Positions 39,874 to 49,806 of a stretch of 64,000 nucleotides of DNA are shown piece after piece. The DNA is from Candidatus Vogelbacteria bacterium RIFOXYD1_FULL_46_19. GTDB taxonomy: Bacteria > Patescibacteriota > Minisyncoccia > Phycocordibacterales > XYD1-FULL-46-19. A model generated the notes under the pieces. The model made no database searches and was not told where the DNA came from. It was given only the letters and a program-made list of their open reading frames with translations. Both the position numbers and the translations under genes were made by a program. The DNA lies in the NCBI GenBank assembly GCA_001824825.1, contig MHTK01000006.1, positions 57,051 to 121,050 of the forward strand, read 5' to 3'. The first letter of the stretch is position 1; the number at the start of each line of letters is the position of its first letter.

Positions 39874-40806
39874 ATGATACGACAATTTAAACACCAGGAC
39901 ATTACCTGGATCGATGTTTCAGTCCCAACGGCTGAAGAGCTTAATCAGCTGTCTCGCGATTATGAGCTTCATTCTCTAGTCGAAAACGAGCTATCCTCCC
40001 CTAGTCCACGGTCGCGTTTAGACAGTTATGAAAAGTATCTTTATCTGATTCTCCATTTCCCCGCCACCAATGCTTTGGATCAAACTTTGCCGGCTCCGCA
40101 CAAAGTTGATACTAATGAGATTGATTTCATTATCGGTCAAAAATTTCTCATCACTATTCATTATCAACCAATTCAATCTCTCGATGAGTTTAGTGAGATT
40201 TTTGAAACGACATTAACACCGGATTACGCGGCCAAAAAAGCCCACGCCGGCTATCTTTTTTTTCACATTCTGATCAAACTTTACCAATCGCTGGATAAAA
40301 ATTTGGAAATTTTAAATTCAGAATTAAAAAAAATTGAGAAGAATATTTTTGCCGGTCAAGAAAAAGCCATGGTCCGCGTCCTGGCCGACCTACATCACGA
40401 GCTCCTAGACTTCCGCTGGGCCCTAAAATCGCACACTGACATCTTGTCGCAACTTGAAGATGATACCACCGAATTTTTCGGGGCTGACTTTAGGTTTCAT
40501 CCAAAACTAATTCGCTTGGCCTACAATCGCGTCAACACTGCTTTGAGTAATTTACAGGAAATGTACAATGACCTACGAACCACCAATGATTCCCTCCTCA
40601 CAATTAAAACCAACGAAATAATGAAAGTTTTAACCATCATGGCTTTCATTACCTTCCCCTTGTCAGTTTTAACTTCTACTTTCGGCATGAACACTGTTAG
40701 CACCCCAATCCTGGGGGCTCGCCACGATTTCTGGATCATTGTTGTCATTATGCTAACAGCCGTAGCCACTATGTTTGGCTTTTTCCGCTATAAAAGATGG
40801 ATTTAG
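39874..40806 (+). CDS. corA: CorA-family magnesium/cobalt transporter
   Basis: Cytoplasmic domain, two C-terminal TM helices and the GMN motif (FGMNT). Confidence 0.75.
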   Translation: MIRQFKHQDITWIDVSVPTAEELNQLSRDYELHSLVENELSSPSPRSRLDSYEKYLYLILHFPATNALDQTLPAPHKVDTNEIDFIIGQKFLITIHYQPIQSLDEFSEIFETTLTPDYAAKKAHAGYLFFHILIKLYQSLDKNLEILNSELKKIEKNIFAGQEKAMVRVLADLHHELLDFRWALKSHTDILSQLEDDTTEFFGADFRFHPKLIRLAYNRVNTALSNLQEMYNDLRTTNDSLLTIKTNEIMKVLTIMAFITFPLSVLTSTFGMNTVSTPILGARHDFWIIVVIMLTAVATMFGFFRYKRWI

Positions 40807-42206
40807 CTATGCCCCGCTCCCCTCTTTTTTTCTACAATACTTTAAGTCGAAGTAAAGAAGAGTTTACCCCGCTTAACCAGGGCGAAGTTGGTTTGTATTC
40901 TTGCGGCCCCACAGTGTATGACTATGCTCATATTGGTAACTTACGGTCTTATATCTTATCCGATATTCTCCGCCGCACCTTAGAGTGGTCTGGTTACTCG
41001 ATTCGCCAAGTGATCAACATTACTGACGTGGGTCACCTAGCTGGCGATACCACCGACACTGGCGAAGATAAAATTGAGCAAGCGGCGAGAGCCGCCTCTA
41101 AACAAGTGACGGAAATTACGACTCTGTACACCGCCGCTTTTTTTGACGACTTAGTTAAGTTAAACATTAAAACTACCGACACCATTTTTCCTCGCGCCAC
41201 GGCCCATATCCCCGAACAAATTGAGCTGATTAAAACTCTGGAAACCAAGGGTTTAGTTTATGAGGCTGCTGATGGCTTATACTTTGACACCAGTTTATAC
41301 CCGGCCTATACCGAACTAGGCCGGCTAAATTTAAGTGGGCAAGTGGCCGGGGCTCGGGTGGAGGTCACCAAGGGCAAGCGCCAACCGGCCGACTTTGCTT
41401 TGTGGAAATTTTCCCCGCCGGGGGCCGATCGGCTACAGGAGTGGGACTCTCCGTGGGGCCGAGGTTGGCCGGGCTGGCACTTGGAATGCTCCGCGATGAG
41501 CATGAAATATTTAGGCAAACATTTCGACTTACACACCGGGGGCGAAGACCATATCCCTGTTCACCATACGAACGAACGCGCCCAATCAGAGTGTGCGACC
41601 GGCGAACCCTTCGTTAACTATTGGCTACATAATGCCTTCATTACGGTAGACGGCCGAAAAATGTCCAAGTCACTAGGAAATTTTTATACTTTAAGTGACT
41701 TGGCTGGACAAGGATTCCCCGCTTTAGCTTATCGTTACTTTTTACTGGGGGCCCACTATCGTAGCCCCATCAACTTTACCTTCGAAGCCCTCGGGGCAGC
41801 CACCAAGGCTTGGCGAAAAGTAAACACTGAAGTGGCTAGCTTACCCACCGCCAGCAAAACTGATGATCACTTCATGGCTGAGTTTGAAGCTGCGATAGCC
41901 GACGACTTAAACACCGCCAAAGGCCTAGCTCTCTTGCACGAAGTTTTACACTCAAGCCTAGACCCAAGTGTAAAGCGCGCCACTATCCAAAAATTTGATG
42001 AGATTTTGGGTATCTTGGATCTAAATGGGAAACCGCTTGCCAACACTGTCATCCCCGAAACGATCAAGTCCTTAGTTCAAGACCGAGAAATTGCTCGTGG
42101 TCGTGGTGACTGGGCTCAGGCCGACTTACTCCGAGCTGAAATAGATAAACAAGGCTACACTCTAAAAGACACCTCGGCCGGGCCCGAACTGACACCCAAG
42201 ACTTAG
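40797..42206 (+). CDS. cysS: cysteinyl-tRNA synthetase
   Basis: CGPTVYDYAHIGN HIGH-like motif and KMSKSLGN. Confidence 0.9.
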   Translation: MDLAMPRSPLFFYNTLSRSKEEFTPLNQGEVGLYSCGPTVYDYAHIGNLRSYILSDILRRTLEWSGYSIRQVINITDVGHLAGDTTDTGEDKIEQAARAASKQVTEITTLYTAAFFDDLVKLNIKTTDTIFPRATAHIPEQIELIKTLETKGLVYEAADGLYFDTSLYPAYTELGRLNLSGQVAGARVEVTKGKRQPADFALWKFSPPGADRLQEWDSPWGRGWPGWHLECSAMSMKYLGKHFDLHTGGEDHIPVHHTNERAQSECATGEPFVNYWLHNAFITVDGRKMSKSLGNFYTLSDLAGQGFPALAYRYFLLGAHYRSPINFTFEALGAATKAWRKVNTEVASLPTASKTDDHFMAEFEAAIADDLNTAKGLALLHEVLHSSLDPSVKRATIQKFDEILGILDLNGKPLANTVIPETIKSLVQDREIARGRGDWAQADLLRAEIDKQGYTLKDTSAGPELTPKT

Positions 42207-42320
42207 GTGTCTCCTGACTGAGGTATCCACAGCTTCTCCACCAAAAGCCGATAAAAAGGCCTATTTGGGGACCGTGGCCCACTCGGGCTCTAAGTGGCTT
42301 GTGCTACAATAGATTTACTT

Positions 42321-43682
42321 ATGGCCGAAGCCACTAAAAATTTCGTTAAATCACCACTAAAGATCCCGCCACAGGATATTTCGTCCGAGCAGGCTCTCTT
42401 GGGCTCAGTGATGATCAAACCTGACTCGCTACACGAAATTCTTGATACTATTTATGCGGACACTTTTTATGCCAACAAACATCGGATCATTTTCAAAGGC
42501 ATGGTGGAGTTACATGATAAGAATGAGCCGATTGATGTCGTCACCCTAACCTCTCACTTAAAAAACAAAAAACTGTTGGAGCAAATTGGTGGTAGTAGCT
42601 ACTTAGCCGAACTAATCAGTCTTGTCCCGTCGGCCGCCAATATTGCTCATTACGCTGAAACAGTGGCTAAAAAATTTGCTCTGCGCAATCTAATCGATTC
42701 AGCCGATCGGATTTTAGAACTAGGTTACAACGAAAGCGAAGATATTGACACCGTATTCGACAAAGCCGAACAGTTAATTTTTAATCTTGGTACTTTTTCC
42801 AAAAAAACTTACATTGCCCTTAAAGATACCTTAACCGATGCTTGGGAACGTTTTGACAAATTACATAAATCTAAAGACGGCCACCGTGGGGTTCCGTCCG
42901 GCTTTCGCGATTTAGACAATCTGTTGTCTGGCTTTCAAAAATCTGACCTGATTATTTTAGCGGCTCGGCCCTCGGTCGGTAAAACTTCTCTCGCCTTAGA
43001 CATTGTGCGTAATGTGGCTTGCCGGCAAAATTTGCCAGTGGCTATTTTTTCCCTGGAAATGAGCACCCAACAACTAGTCGACCGTATCATTGCGGCTGAA
43101 AGCCGCGTCGATTCCTGGAAATTGCGCACCGGTCGCGTATCGGCTCAAGAAGATTTTGACCGCATTCGCGATGCCCTAGACCAGCTATCTAAAGCGCCTA
43201 TTTTCATCGACGATGAACCGTCCAACAATATTACCAAAATGAAAACGGTGGCCCGACGTCTCAAGTCGGAACATGGTTTAGCATTAATCGTGGTCGACTA
43301 CCTCCAGTTGATGGTCCCCCGCCGGGAGTCGGACTCGATGGTGCAAATGGTGACGGAAATTTCTCGCTCCCTTAAAGGCTTGGCCCGCGAACTGGAAGTT
43401 CCGGTGATTGCTCTATCCCAGCTCTCACGAGCGGTTGAGCAGCGCGGGGGTAAACCACGGTTGTCGGACTTACGCGACTCCGGTTCGATCGAACAAGACG
43501 CCGATGTCGTAATGTTTATCCACCGAGAAGACCGTTTTGACGAAAGTTCCGAGCGAAAAAACATTGCGGAAATCCTAGTAGAGAAGCATCGTAATGGTCC
43601 GGTTGGTAAGATTGATTTGTACTTTGATGAACATCGCGTCAGCTTCAATACGGTGGAAAAAGGCGACTTTGGCTCGTTTTAA
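42321..43682 (+). CDS. dnaB: replicative DNA helicase DnaB (start at MAEATKNF)
   Basis: N-terminal domain, Walker A ARPSVGKTS, and the Walker B/arginine-finger region. Confidence 0.9.
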   Translation: MAEATKNFVKSPLKIPPQDISSEQALLGSVMIKPDSLHEILDTIYADTFYANKHRIIFKGMVELHDKNEPIDVVTLTSHLKNKKLLEQIGGSSYLAELISLVPSAANIAHYAETVAKKFALRNLIDSADRILELGYNESEDIDTVFDKAEQLIFNLGTFSKKTYIALKDTLTDAWERFDKLHKSKDGHRGVPSGFRDLDNLLSGFQKSDLIILAARPSVGKTSLALDIVRNVACRQNLPVAIFSLEMSTQQLVDRIIAAESRVDSWKLRTGRVSAQEDFDRIRDALDQLSKAPIFIDDEPSNNITKMKTVARRLKSEHGLALIVVDYLQLMVPRRESDSMVQMVTEISRSLKGLARELEVPVIALSQLSRAVEQRGGKPRLSDLRDSGSIEQDADVVMFIHREDRFDESSERKNIAEILVEKHRNGPVGKIDLYFDEHRVSFNTVEKGDFGSF

Positions 43683-43790
43683 GTCGACCAATTTTATTCG
43701 TATTATTCGCCCGCCCAACATTACCCGAGGCTTCAGGCGACGGCGGACAGGTATGTAATTTGTAAATTCGTATCGCATTATACTTCGTTA

Positions 43791-44435
43791 TTGGTATCGC
43801 CTTATATGAGCTCAAGCATCTTCGATCAACTAGTAGCTATGTTTATCAAGTTCCCCGGGATTGGGCCACGCCAAGCCCGGCGCTTTGTGTACTTTCTCCT
43901 CGCTTTAGATGAACAAAGTTTAAATCGTTTTACAGAAAGCATTTCGCTGTTAAAACAAAAAGCTAGACAGTGTGATCGCTGTGGCTATCATTTCTTTAAA
44001 GATGACCAAGGGGGCCAACTATGCCGCTTGTGTAGCGACCCTAACCGAGACCACTCTTTACTAATGGTGGTGGAAAAAGATTTAGATGTCGATACTATCA
44101 AGCGGTCAGACTCTTACCCAGGCCTATTTTTTATTTTAGGTGGCCTAGTACCAATTTTAGACAAAGAACCAGCTAAAAGGATTCGTTTGGCTAAACTCTT
44201 AAATTTAATTAAAACCGAACTTAAAAGTGGAGTATTAACGGAAATAATTTTAGCGCTCAGTGTTAACTCCGAGGGCGACTATACCATCGATTATTTAAAG
44301 CAACATCTCCAGCTGATTTTAGTAGATTATCCCAACACTAAAATTTCCGTCCTCGGCCGAGGTTTATCCACTGGTACCGAGCTAGAGTATTCTGATAGCG
44401 AGACCTTGAGAAATGCTTTAAAAAATCGAGGCTAA
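43791..44435 (+). CDS. recR: recombination protein RecR
   Basis: HhH FPGIGPRQARR, C4 zinc finger CDRCGYHF...CRLCSD, and a Toprim domain. Confidence 0.85.
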   Translation: MVSPYMSSSIFDQLVAMFIKFPGIGPRQARRFVYFLLALDEQSLNRFTESISLLKQKARQCDRCGYHFFKDDQGGQLCRLCSDPNRDHSLLMVVEKDLDVDTIKRSDSYPGLFFILGGLVPILDKEPAKRIRLAKLLNLIKTELKSGVLTEIILALSVNSEGDYTIDYLKQHLQLILVDYPNTKISVLGRGLSTGTELEYSDSETLRNALKNRG

Positions 44436-44451
44436 GGGTATCAACAAATAT

Positions 44452-44488
44452 AAAAAACCGCTGGCTAAAATTAGGCCAGCGGCTACCA
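44452..44488 (-). terminator. terminator hairpin mainly for the minus-strand gene
   Basis: ccgctggc-taaaatta-ggccagcgg flanked by an A-run. Confidence 0.55.
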
Positions 44489-44531
44489 TAGGCTCCGCCA
44501 GTTATAAACGCAGAACCACTGACAAACTAGG

Positions 44532-45350
44532 CTAGAGAATCCGCACCATCACCCCGTTACGTTGAGGACTATCCCCGTAAGTGTGGGAAAAGAAGGTTCT
44601 CGACCCACTCGCGTCTTGCTTGCAAGCACTGCAACCTGAATCCAGCTGGAGTTGGTCAAACCCACCCAACTTGACGTTGATATCTAATATCAAAGCCCCG
44701 AGATCTACCGCGACGAAAGCTGGTTGGACTGCGGCCCGAGGCCCTTTAGAAACCCGCCGGTCAAGCAGTAAGGCGCCCGGATATTGACGCCGTACTAACT
44801 CAAGCATTTCGCTGCCTGGCGGATAGCCATAGCAACAGGCTCCGATTCCCAGCCCAGCCCAAAAAGCTAAACGACTAGCTCGCTCGCCCATCAGCTCGAT
44901 CGCCCGCTCAATGATGTTAGGTGAGCCATTAAGCTCAAGTAGACAACGTAAGCCCAAGTGAAGCAAGCATCCTCGCCCGGTCTGGGGACTAAATAGTATC
45001 CCCACTGGGCAATCGGCATTACAAATACCAGCACCCAAACCGCCGGCTACCAGTAGGCAGCCATCGGCGGGCCGAATCGGCTGAAGCAATAAATAATGGT
45101 TCTCCAATTCGCGAGGGCCAATTGAAGCGTGATTAAAGTGATCACTATTGGGGTTAACGATCTGGTGCGTAAACAGGGGTTCGGGCACCACACAGTTGAC
45201 CTTCAGGCGGTTAATGAGGGCCAAGACCCGCCCTAAGTTATGAGCCGGGCGCCGTTGAGGAGTCAGATGGCCTTTAAGGGCGTGATCTCCTTCCGTCTGG
45301 CCCCCAATCACCATTTGCACTCGGCCATCAAAAATTTCTCTTAGCACCAT
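44532..45350 (-). CDS. pgeF: YfiH/PgeF-family (DUF152) purine-nucleoside phosphorylase/laccase-domain protein
   Basis: NADCPVGILF..QTGRGCLLH resembles the ADC.PV....AHAGWRG core. Confidence 0.65.
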   Translation of the reverse strand: MVLREIFDGRVQMVIGGQTEGDHALKGHLTPQRRPAHNLGRVLALINRLKVNCVVPEPLFTHQIVNPNSDHFNHASIGPRELENHYLLLQPIRPADGCLLVAGGLGAGICNADCPVGILFSPQTGRGCLLHLGLRCLLELNGSPNIIERAIELMGERASRLAFWAGLGIGACCYGYPPGSEMLELVRRQYPGALLLDRRVSKGPRAAVQPAFVAVDLGALILDINVKLGGFDQLQLDSGCSACKQDASGSRTFFSHTYGDSPQRNGVMVRIL

Positions 45351-45421
45351 AGATCTATCCTCCAGGGTTTATCAAGTTCAGTTAGTCCGCTTTTAGTTTT
45401 ACCTCAATCCTTAAACTTTTG

Positions 45422-45450
45422 CAAACAAAAAAGCCCCACTTGGGGCTCTT
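45422..45450 (-). terminator. terminator for rplU
   Basis: aagccccacttggggct with a T-run on the minus strand. Confidence 0.6.
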
Positions 45451-45454
45451 TCGT

Positions 45455-45772
45455 TTAAACGTTAATTTTAGAAATTTTTACTTTTGAGTAAGGCTGGCGA
45501 TGGCCTTTTAGTTTACGGTAGTTAATTTTGTTCTTATAGCGCAGAACAATCAATTTTTTATGGCGTCCTTCTTCTACAAATTCACCATCTACTGTTACCC
45601 CTTTCAAATTTGGCTCCCCGATTTTGGCCACGCCCTCACGGGAAACTAAGAGGACTTCATCAAAAACCACCTTACCGCCGGTTTCATAGTCAGGCAACTT
45701 TTCAATCGTCAAAATATCGCCTTCGGCGACTTTATACTGCTTTCCCCCCGTTTTTATGACCGCAAAATTCAT
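45455..45772 (-). CDS. rplU: 50S ribosomal protein L21
   Basis: M.FAVIKTGGKQYKV.EGD...EKL. Confidence 0.9.
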   Translation of the reverse strand: MNFAVIKTGGKQYKVAEGDILTIEKLPDYETGGKVVFDEVLLVSREGVAKIGEPNLKGVTVDGEFVEEGRHKKLIVLRYKNKINYRKLKGHRQPYSKVKISKINV

Positions 45773-45883
45773 ACCTCAGTATTGTACTAAAATAGCTTAA
45801 AAATGCAAGGTCCAGGCTATTAGAGGTGATGTTTTTCAGCTCAGTTGAGCTATAATTGGAGTAGTTGGTCTAGGGAGGGTCAA

Positions 45884-46090
45884 ATGATGAGAAAAGCCCT
45901 GATTTATAGTGCGCTCACCTTGGTTCTAGTTACCTTTGGGACGGCGGTCATAAATTGGTACTATTTTGCCATCCGTACCCTAGAGTGGGAGGAAGACCTG
46001 GTCATAATTTTTGTGCCCGTGTTGGCCATTGTCCTCTTGTGGTGCCTCGTCATTCTGCCCCTGGTCGCCCGGCTCACCCCGAAGTCATAG
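45884..46090 (+). CDS. small hypothetical membrane protein (two TM helices)
   Basis: ORF with an internal ATG start, MMRKALIYSALTLVLV. Confidence 0.35.
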   Translation: MMRKALIYSALTLVLVTFGTAVINWYYFAIRTLEWEEDLVIIFVPVLAIVLLWCLVILPLVARLTPKS

Positions 46091-46132
46091 TCCCCTCTTG
46101 CCACGGGCCAGAGGGGACATTTTTCCACTCAC

Positions 46133-47215
46133 CTACTCTTCTAAATCCGGTTTATCCAAGCGGAGCACTTCTATCCCACCGCCTTCGCCGGTAATACGCA
46201 CCACGTCTTTATCGATTTTCTTAAACTCCTTATAGGCATTATTGTAGTGGCTAACCGTCGTCCCCAAAGACCCGCCAATTTTTTGCATAAACGAGTCATA
46301 GACACTGAGGTGTTTACCCAACTCCCCTACCCGCTGCCGTATTTCCTTGGCCGATTCTTCTATTTGTAAGGCCTTCAAACCTTGCAGGACGGTTTGTAAA
46401 TAAGCTAAAAAGGAGGTCGGTGACACAATAATGACGTGATACTTCGCCGCCGCTCGCTGAATCAAATTTTCGGTTTCGCCGTGAATCGCCCCCACTTTAT
46501 TGACCAGCAAATCGTAATAAATCGCCTCGTGAGGAATAAACATAAAAGCAAAGTCCAGTGTACCTTCGTTCGGCCGAATATACTTACCCGTCTCCTGGAT
46601 GCGCATTTTCAAATCACTTAAGAATATCTTTTCCAGTTTTTCCCGCTCGGCCGGATTTTTTTCTTCATTGATACGGTTGTAATTTTCCAAACTGAATTTT
46701 GAATCAACCGGAATAACTTTATCTTTAATGAAAACGGCCGCATCCACAATCTCTCCGTCGGCAAACTTATACTGCATTTCGAAACTACCCGGGGGCAACA
46801 CATTTTTCAACAAGGTTTCCAAGTAATACTCCCCCAGAATTCCTCGCTGTTTGGGATTTTTTAAAATGTCTTGTAAATCCCGTAATTGGTCGGTAAAGTT
46901 CATCACCTGCTTATTGGTCTCATCGAGCTTGGTTAGGCGCTCTGTCACATCCTGGATAATTTTAACCGACTCGGCAAACTGCCCTCGCATCGATTCTTGC
47001 ATAAACTTTGACGACTCTTTAAGCTCAGTACGCACGTGACCCATCCGATCGTCAAGAAGACGTGTCAGTTCATTCATTTGGTTTTGTAGCATCATAAACG
47101 ACTGGCCACTGGCCTCGGTCGTAGCACCCAATTTTGACTTCGCTAAGAAGCGCCAGCCAATAAAGACGACTAGTAAGCCGCCAACTACCCCTATCATCAG
47201 ATAAGTTATTTCCAT
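46133..47215 (-). CDS. rmuC: DNA recombination protein RmuC
   Basis: N-terminal TM helix, coiled coil and the RmuC C-terminal domain pattern. Confidence 0.8.
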   Translation of the reverse strand: MEITYLMIGVVGGLLVVFIGWRFLAKSKLGATTEASGQSFMMLQNQMNELTRLLDDRMGHVRTELKESSKFMQESMRGQFAESVKIIQDVTERLTKLDETNKQVMNFTDQLRDLQDILKNPKQRGILGEYYLETLLKNVLPPGSFEMQYKFADGEIVDAAVFIKDKVIPVDSKFSLENYNRINEEKNPAEREKLEKIFLSDLKMRIQETGKYIRPNEGTLDFAFMFIPHEAIYYDLLVNKVGAIHGETENLIQRAAAKYHVIIVSPTSFLAYLQTVLQGLKALQIEESAKEIRQRVGELGKHLSVYDSFMQKIGGSLGTTVSHYNNAYKEFKKIDKDVVRITGEGGGIEVLRLDKPDLEE

Positions 47216-47447
47216 ACCGCTTTATTATATCAATGAGTCAGCAAAAAAAATAGAGCTCGACCGAGACTTGTTTTCGCTAAATTCTTATCAAATGAAACAA
47301 TTGACACCATAAACTTCATCCGTTAAAGTAAAATAATGTTAAAGCTTGGAACTAATCAGGGTAACTATTTTGGTTTTTGGTTTACCCCTACCCCAACGAG
47401 GGGGGCCCTTTTTAGTTACTGAGAGTGAGAATCAGTTTCAGAAATTA

Positions 47448-47475
47448 AAAAGAGCTCCCCTCCCGGGGAGTTTTT
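47448..47475. terminator. bidirectional hairpin
   Basis: A-run, then ctcccc-tccc-ggggag, then a T-run. Confidence 0.5.
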
Positions 47476-47516
47476 ATTTGATTAGGTCTTTGGATAACCA
47501 ATAGGAGAACTAGATT

Positions 47517-47804
47517 ATGGTGCAAAGCACGGGTGAATTACTGAAAAGCCATACGACCGCCTTGGAGGAAGCTTTTCGGCAAGTCGGTACCGATACCAGT
47601 CAGGACATCACTTACAAAGTCCTCGCTTGGCTCGCTGCCGAGCTACCGCCCGGATCGGATTTACAAGCAGAAAAGGTCGAGCAACTGGTCCAGCGGGTGA
47701 CTCGTCATATGGGTAGTGGAGAAGGCAAGGCCGCCACTTTGATTTACCAAATCAATCACCTGTTTAGTCGCACCCCCGAAGCCACCACTCGTCGAGCGGT
47801 TTAG
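47517..47804 (+). CDS. hypothetical protein (95 aa)
   Basis: ORF closed by a strong terminator at 47819-47848. Confidence 0.4.
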   Translation: MVQSTGELLKSHTTALEEAFRQVGTDTSQDITYKVLAWLAAELPPGSDLQAEKVEQLVQRVTRHMGSGEGKAATLIYQINHLFSRTPEATTRRAV

Positions 47805-47818
47805 GCTGTCTCCCCCAC

Positions 47819-47848
47819 CCCCCGGTCGCAAGGCGATCGGGGGTTTTA
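47819..47848. terminator. bidirectional terminator between convergent genes
   Basis: 11-bp G/C stem (cccccggtcgc-aag-gcgatcggggg) followed by tttt. Confidence 0.7.
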
Positions 47849-47850
47849 TT

Positions 47851-48201
47851 TTACATTTCATGAGATTCTGACCGCTCTAAATTATCCAACAGGTCCATAA
47901 TTTTCTGGTACAAATCAGAGCAACCTTCTTGATCAGCCTGACAGCGGGCATCCTCTAAACACTCTAGAGCCCCCTCTCGATCACCAGCCGCTAGATATAG
48001 CTCGACTCTAGCCATCGTAAATCTAATTTCCGGCTCTGGGCGGGGTAAACTTAAAACCACTTGTTCTTGAATTACTGTCCACCCATTGATAGCTGTCAGC
48101 ACTTCAGCATCTCCTAAGCCTTTTTCTTGGATCAGCTTTATTAAAGTGGCTGGAACTTCGATTGGTGAACTTTTTGACTCCCGGTTGGGAAAATTTTCCA
48201 T
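47851..48201 (-). CDS. hypothetical protein (116 aa, GC-rich)
   Basis: ORF with its own TATAAT upstream on the minus strand. Confidence 0.4.
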   Translation of the reverse strand: MENFPNRESKSSPIEVPATLIKLIQEKGLGDAEVLTAINGWTVIQEQVVLSLPRPEPEIRFTMARVELYLAAGDREGALECLEDARCQADQEGCSDLYQKIMDLLDNLERSESHEM

Positions 48202-48333
48202 AAATTAATTATAAATTAAAATATCTCATAATTATTCAAGCGACTTTTGACCCCTTTCACTGCTTCCCTTTGTACATGTTTTAGTATAACAGAAGTTGCC
48301 AGAATAAGTTGAGGGTAAGAAATTAAGAAAAAG

Positions 48334-48362
48334 AGGCCCCGGCGCGATAAGCGTCGGGGCCT
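48334..48362 (-). terminator. terminator for the 425-aa gene
   Basis: aggccccg...cggggcct with a T-run on the minus strand. Confidence 0.6.
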
Positions 48363-48380
48363 GAATCAGCAAACATTGCA

Positions 48381-49658
48381 TCAAAGAGCAAACGGTCGGC
48401 AGACCTTCTTCTTTAGCTCTTGGAAGCGCAGACGGAAGGTACGTCGACTGACCGGGAGCTCTGAAACAATGACGGGTAGTTGCCGGTCCCCAGGACAAAC
48501 GAGTTCCTGGAGGGAGACCGTAAAATACTCGTCCTCTCGACGTTTCCGCGCCGCTTCCCGCTCTTCCTTCAATTTTTCCGCTCTCTGGAGCTGTCTGTGG
48601 TGATAGTCGGGATCGTAGAGATATTTTGCCAGCTTGTAGGCCGCGATGATCCCCACGACTACCAGGACCAGCAAGTAAAGCCAGGCTTCTACAACAAGCC
48701 AAGAGACTGCCATACCCAGCCAGGCACCGATAGCCGACACGAAGCCCCAATAAGCCCAAACACTAGCTGCGACTCCCGCGACCGCGAGCCAAAGACAAGG
48801 ATGCAGGAACAGAAACAAGGAGTTTCTTTTATTTCCCTCCTTGTCTCTAAGTACAAGATTGTTCCTTGGATGCCAATACATCGTGGTGGGCGGGTCCCAT
48901 ACATCTTCAAACCGGTATGTCCAGATTCGAAAGACCGGCGCAAACTTCCAGTAGCGCCGTGCCGTCAGAATGGTGAACAGAAGAGCGGTCAAACGTATTG
49001 GACATTTGACGGCAAAGATGAGCGGAACCAGGACGAACTGCAAGGTGTAGGCGAAGATCCGCCGACGTCGATAGGCACACTGGTCAACCGGCTTACGGGA
49101 GAAGAGCAGATTGACCCACTTCTTTTCCCACTCGGGCGGTTCAGGCGCGAAGAATTCGGCCCCGACTTCGACGTTGACACTTGCGACATCTAACAGATAT
49201 TTAAGACGACAATCTATCTGAGGGATGTTCAAGAGGGACAACTCGTCGTTCCCGTCGTAAAGATTGTACGTTGGTACACCATTTGCTTCCTTAGAAGCGA
49301 AGGCCTGCCGTAGACGTTGTTTACCCGATTTTGAGCGGTCCTCTCGAGGATGACCCCAATCATCCTCACACCAAACGACGAATGCGTTCAACGTGTGGGT
49401 GCCGGCTCGACGCAGGCGGATATACTCCATGGCCCGATCAATCGGGAACATGTGTCTGTCCACCTCTCTGTCTCCATAGACCACCGAGATGACGACGTGG
49501 ATGTTTTGCGCGTTTCTCTTCCTCAACTCCTCCCAGTCTCCTGGGCACAGGCACCACCGGACCGGAAAAACCGGATCAACCAATGACTTCGTATTGTCGA
49601 CGAACAAGCGTAACATACTGCCTCCTTCTGCAATTTTCTGCCATGTCAAACAACACAC
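48381..49658 (-). CDS. hypothetical membrane protein (about 190-aa N-terminal soluble domain, then at least three TM helices, then a charged coiled-coil C-terminus); GC-rich
   Basis: Long ORF with an own terminator and own upstream region; I recognise no family. Confidence 0.5.
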   Translation of the reverse strand: MCCLTWQKIAEGGSMLRLFVDNTKSLVDPVFPVRWCLCPGDWEELRKRNAQNIHVVISVVYGDREVDRHMFPIDRAMEYIRLRRAGTHTLNAFVVWCEDDWGHPREDRSKSGKQRLRQAFASKEANGVPTYNLYDGNDELSLLNIPQIDCRLKYLLDVASVNVEVGAEFFAPEPPEWEKKWVNLLFSRKPVDQCAYRRRRIFAYTLQFVLVPLIFAVKCPIRLTALLFTILTARRYWKFAPVFRIWTYRFEDVWDPPTTMYWHPRNNLVLRDKEGNKRNSLFLFLHPCLWLAVAGVAASVWAYWGFVSAIGAWLGMAVSWLVVEAWLYLLVLVVVGIIAAYKLAKYLYDPDYHHRQLQRAEKLKEEREAARKRREDEYFTVSLQELVCPGDRQLPVIVSELPVSRRTFRLRFQELKKKVCRPFAL

Positions 49659-49806
49659 TACTAGCAGTATATCACAGTCGTAGTAAAAGTCAAGCTGTGC
49701 AATTGATAGAGAAAAAGAGCTCAGTTGGGCAGTTTTTTAAGAACGTTGAGTGTGGATACTTAGTTGCACAACGACGCCTTACGATCGAAGGTGGACAACA
49801 CCGTCC

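Noticed and set aside
37692-45772. Separation of rplU (L21, 45455..45772, minus strand) from rpmA (L27, 37692..37970, plus strand) as a rearrangement signal.
   Set aside because: The gene order differs from the common rplU-rpmA pairing, but both genes look intact with their own terminators. Without comparative genomes this is not interpretable.
48232-48759. ORF of 175 aa overlapping the 3' part of the 425-aa gene in another frame; also 48376..48603, 48480..49193 and 48689..48943.
   Set aside because: These are off-frame ORFs of the kind expected in GC-rich sequence. Their translations are Gly/Arg/Pro-rich and low-complexity, whereas the long frame has TM helices and a coiled coil.
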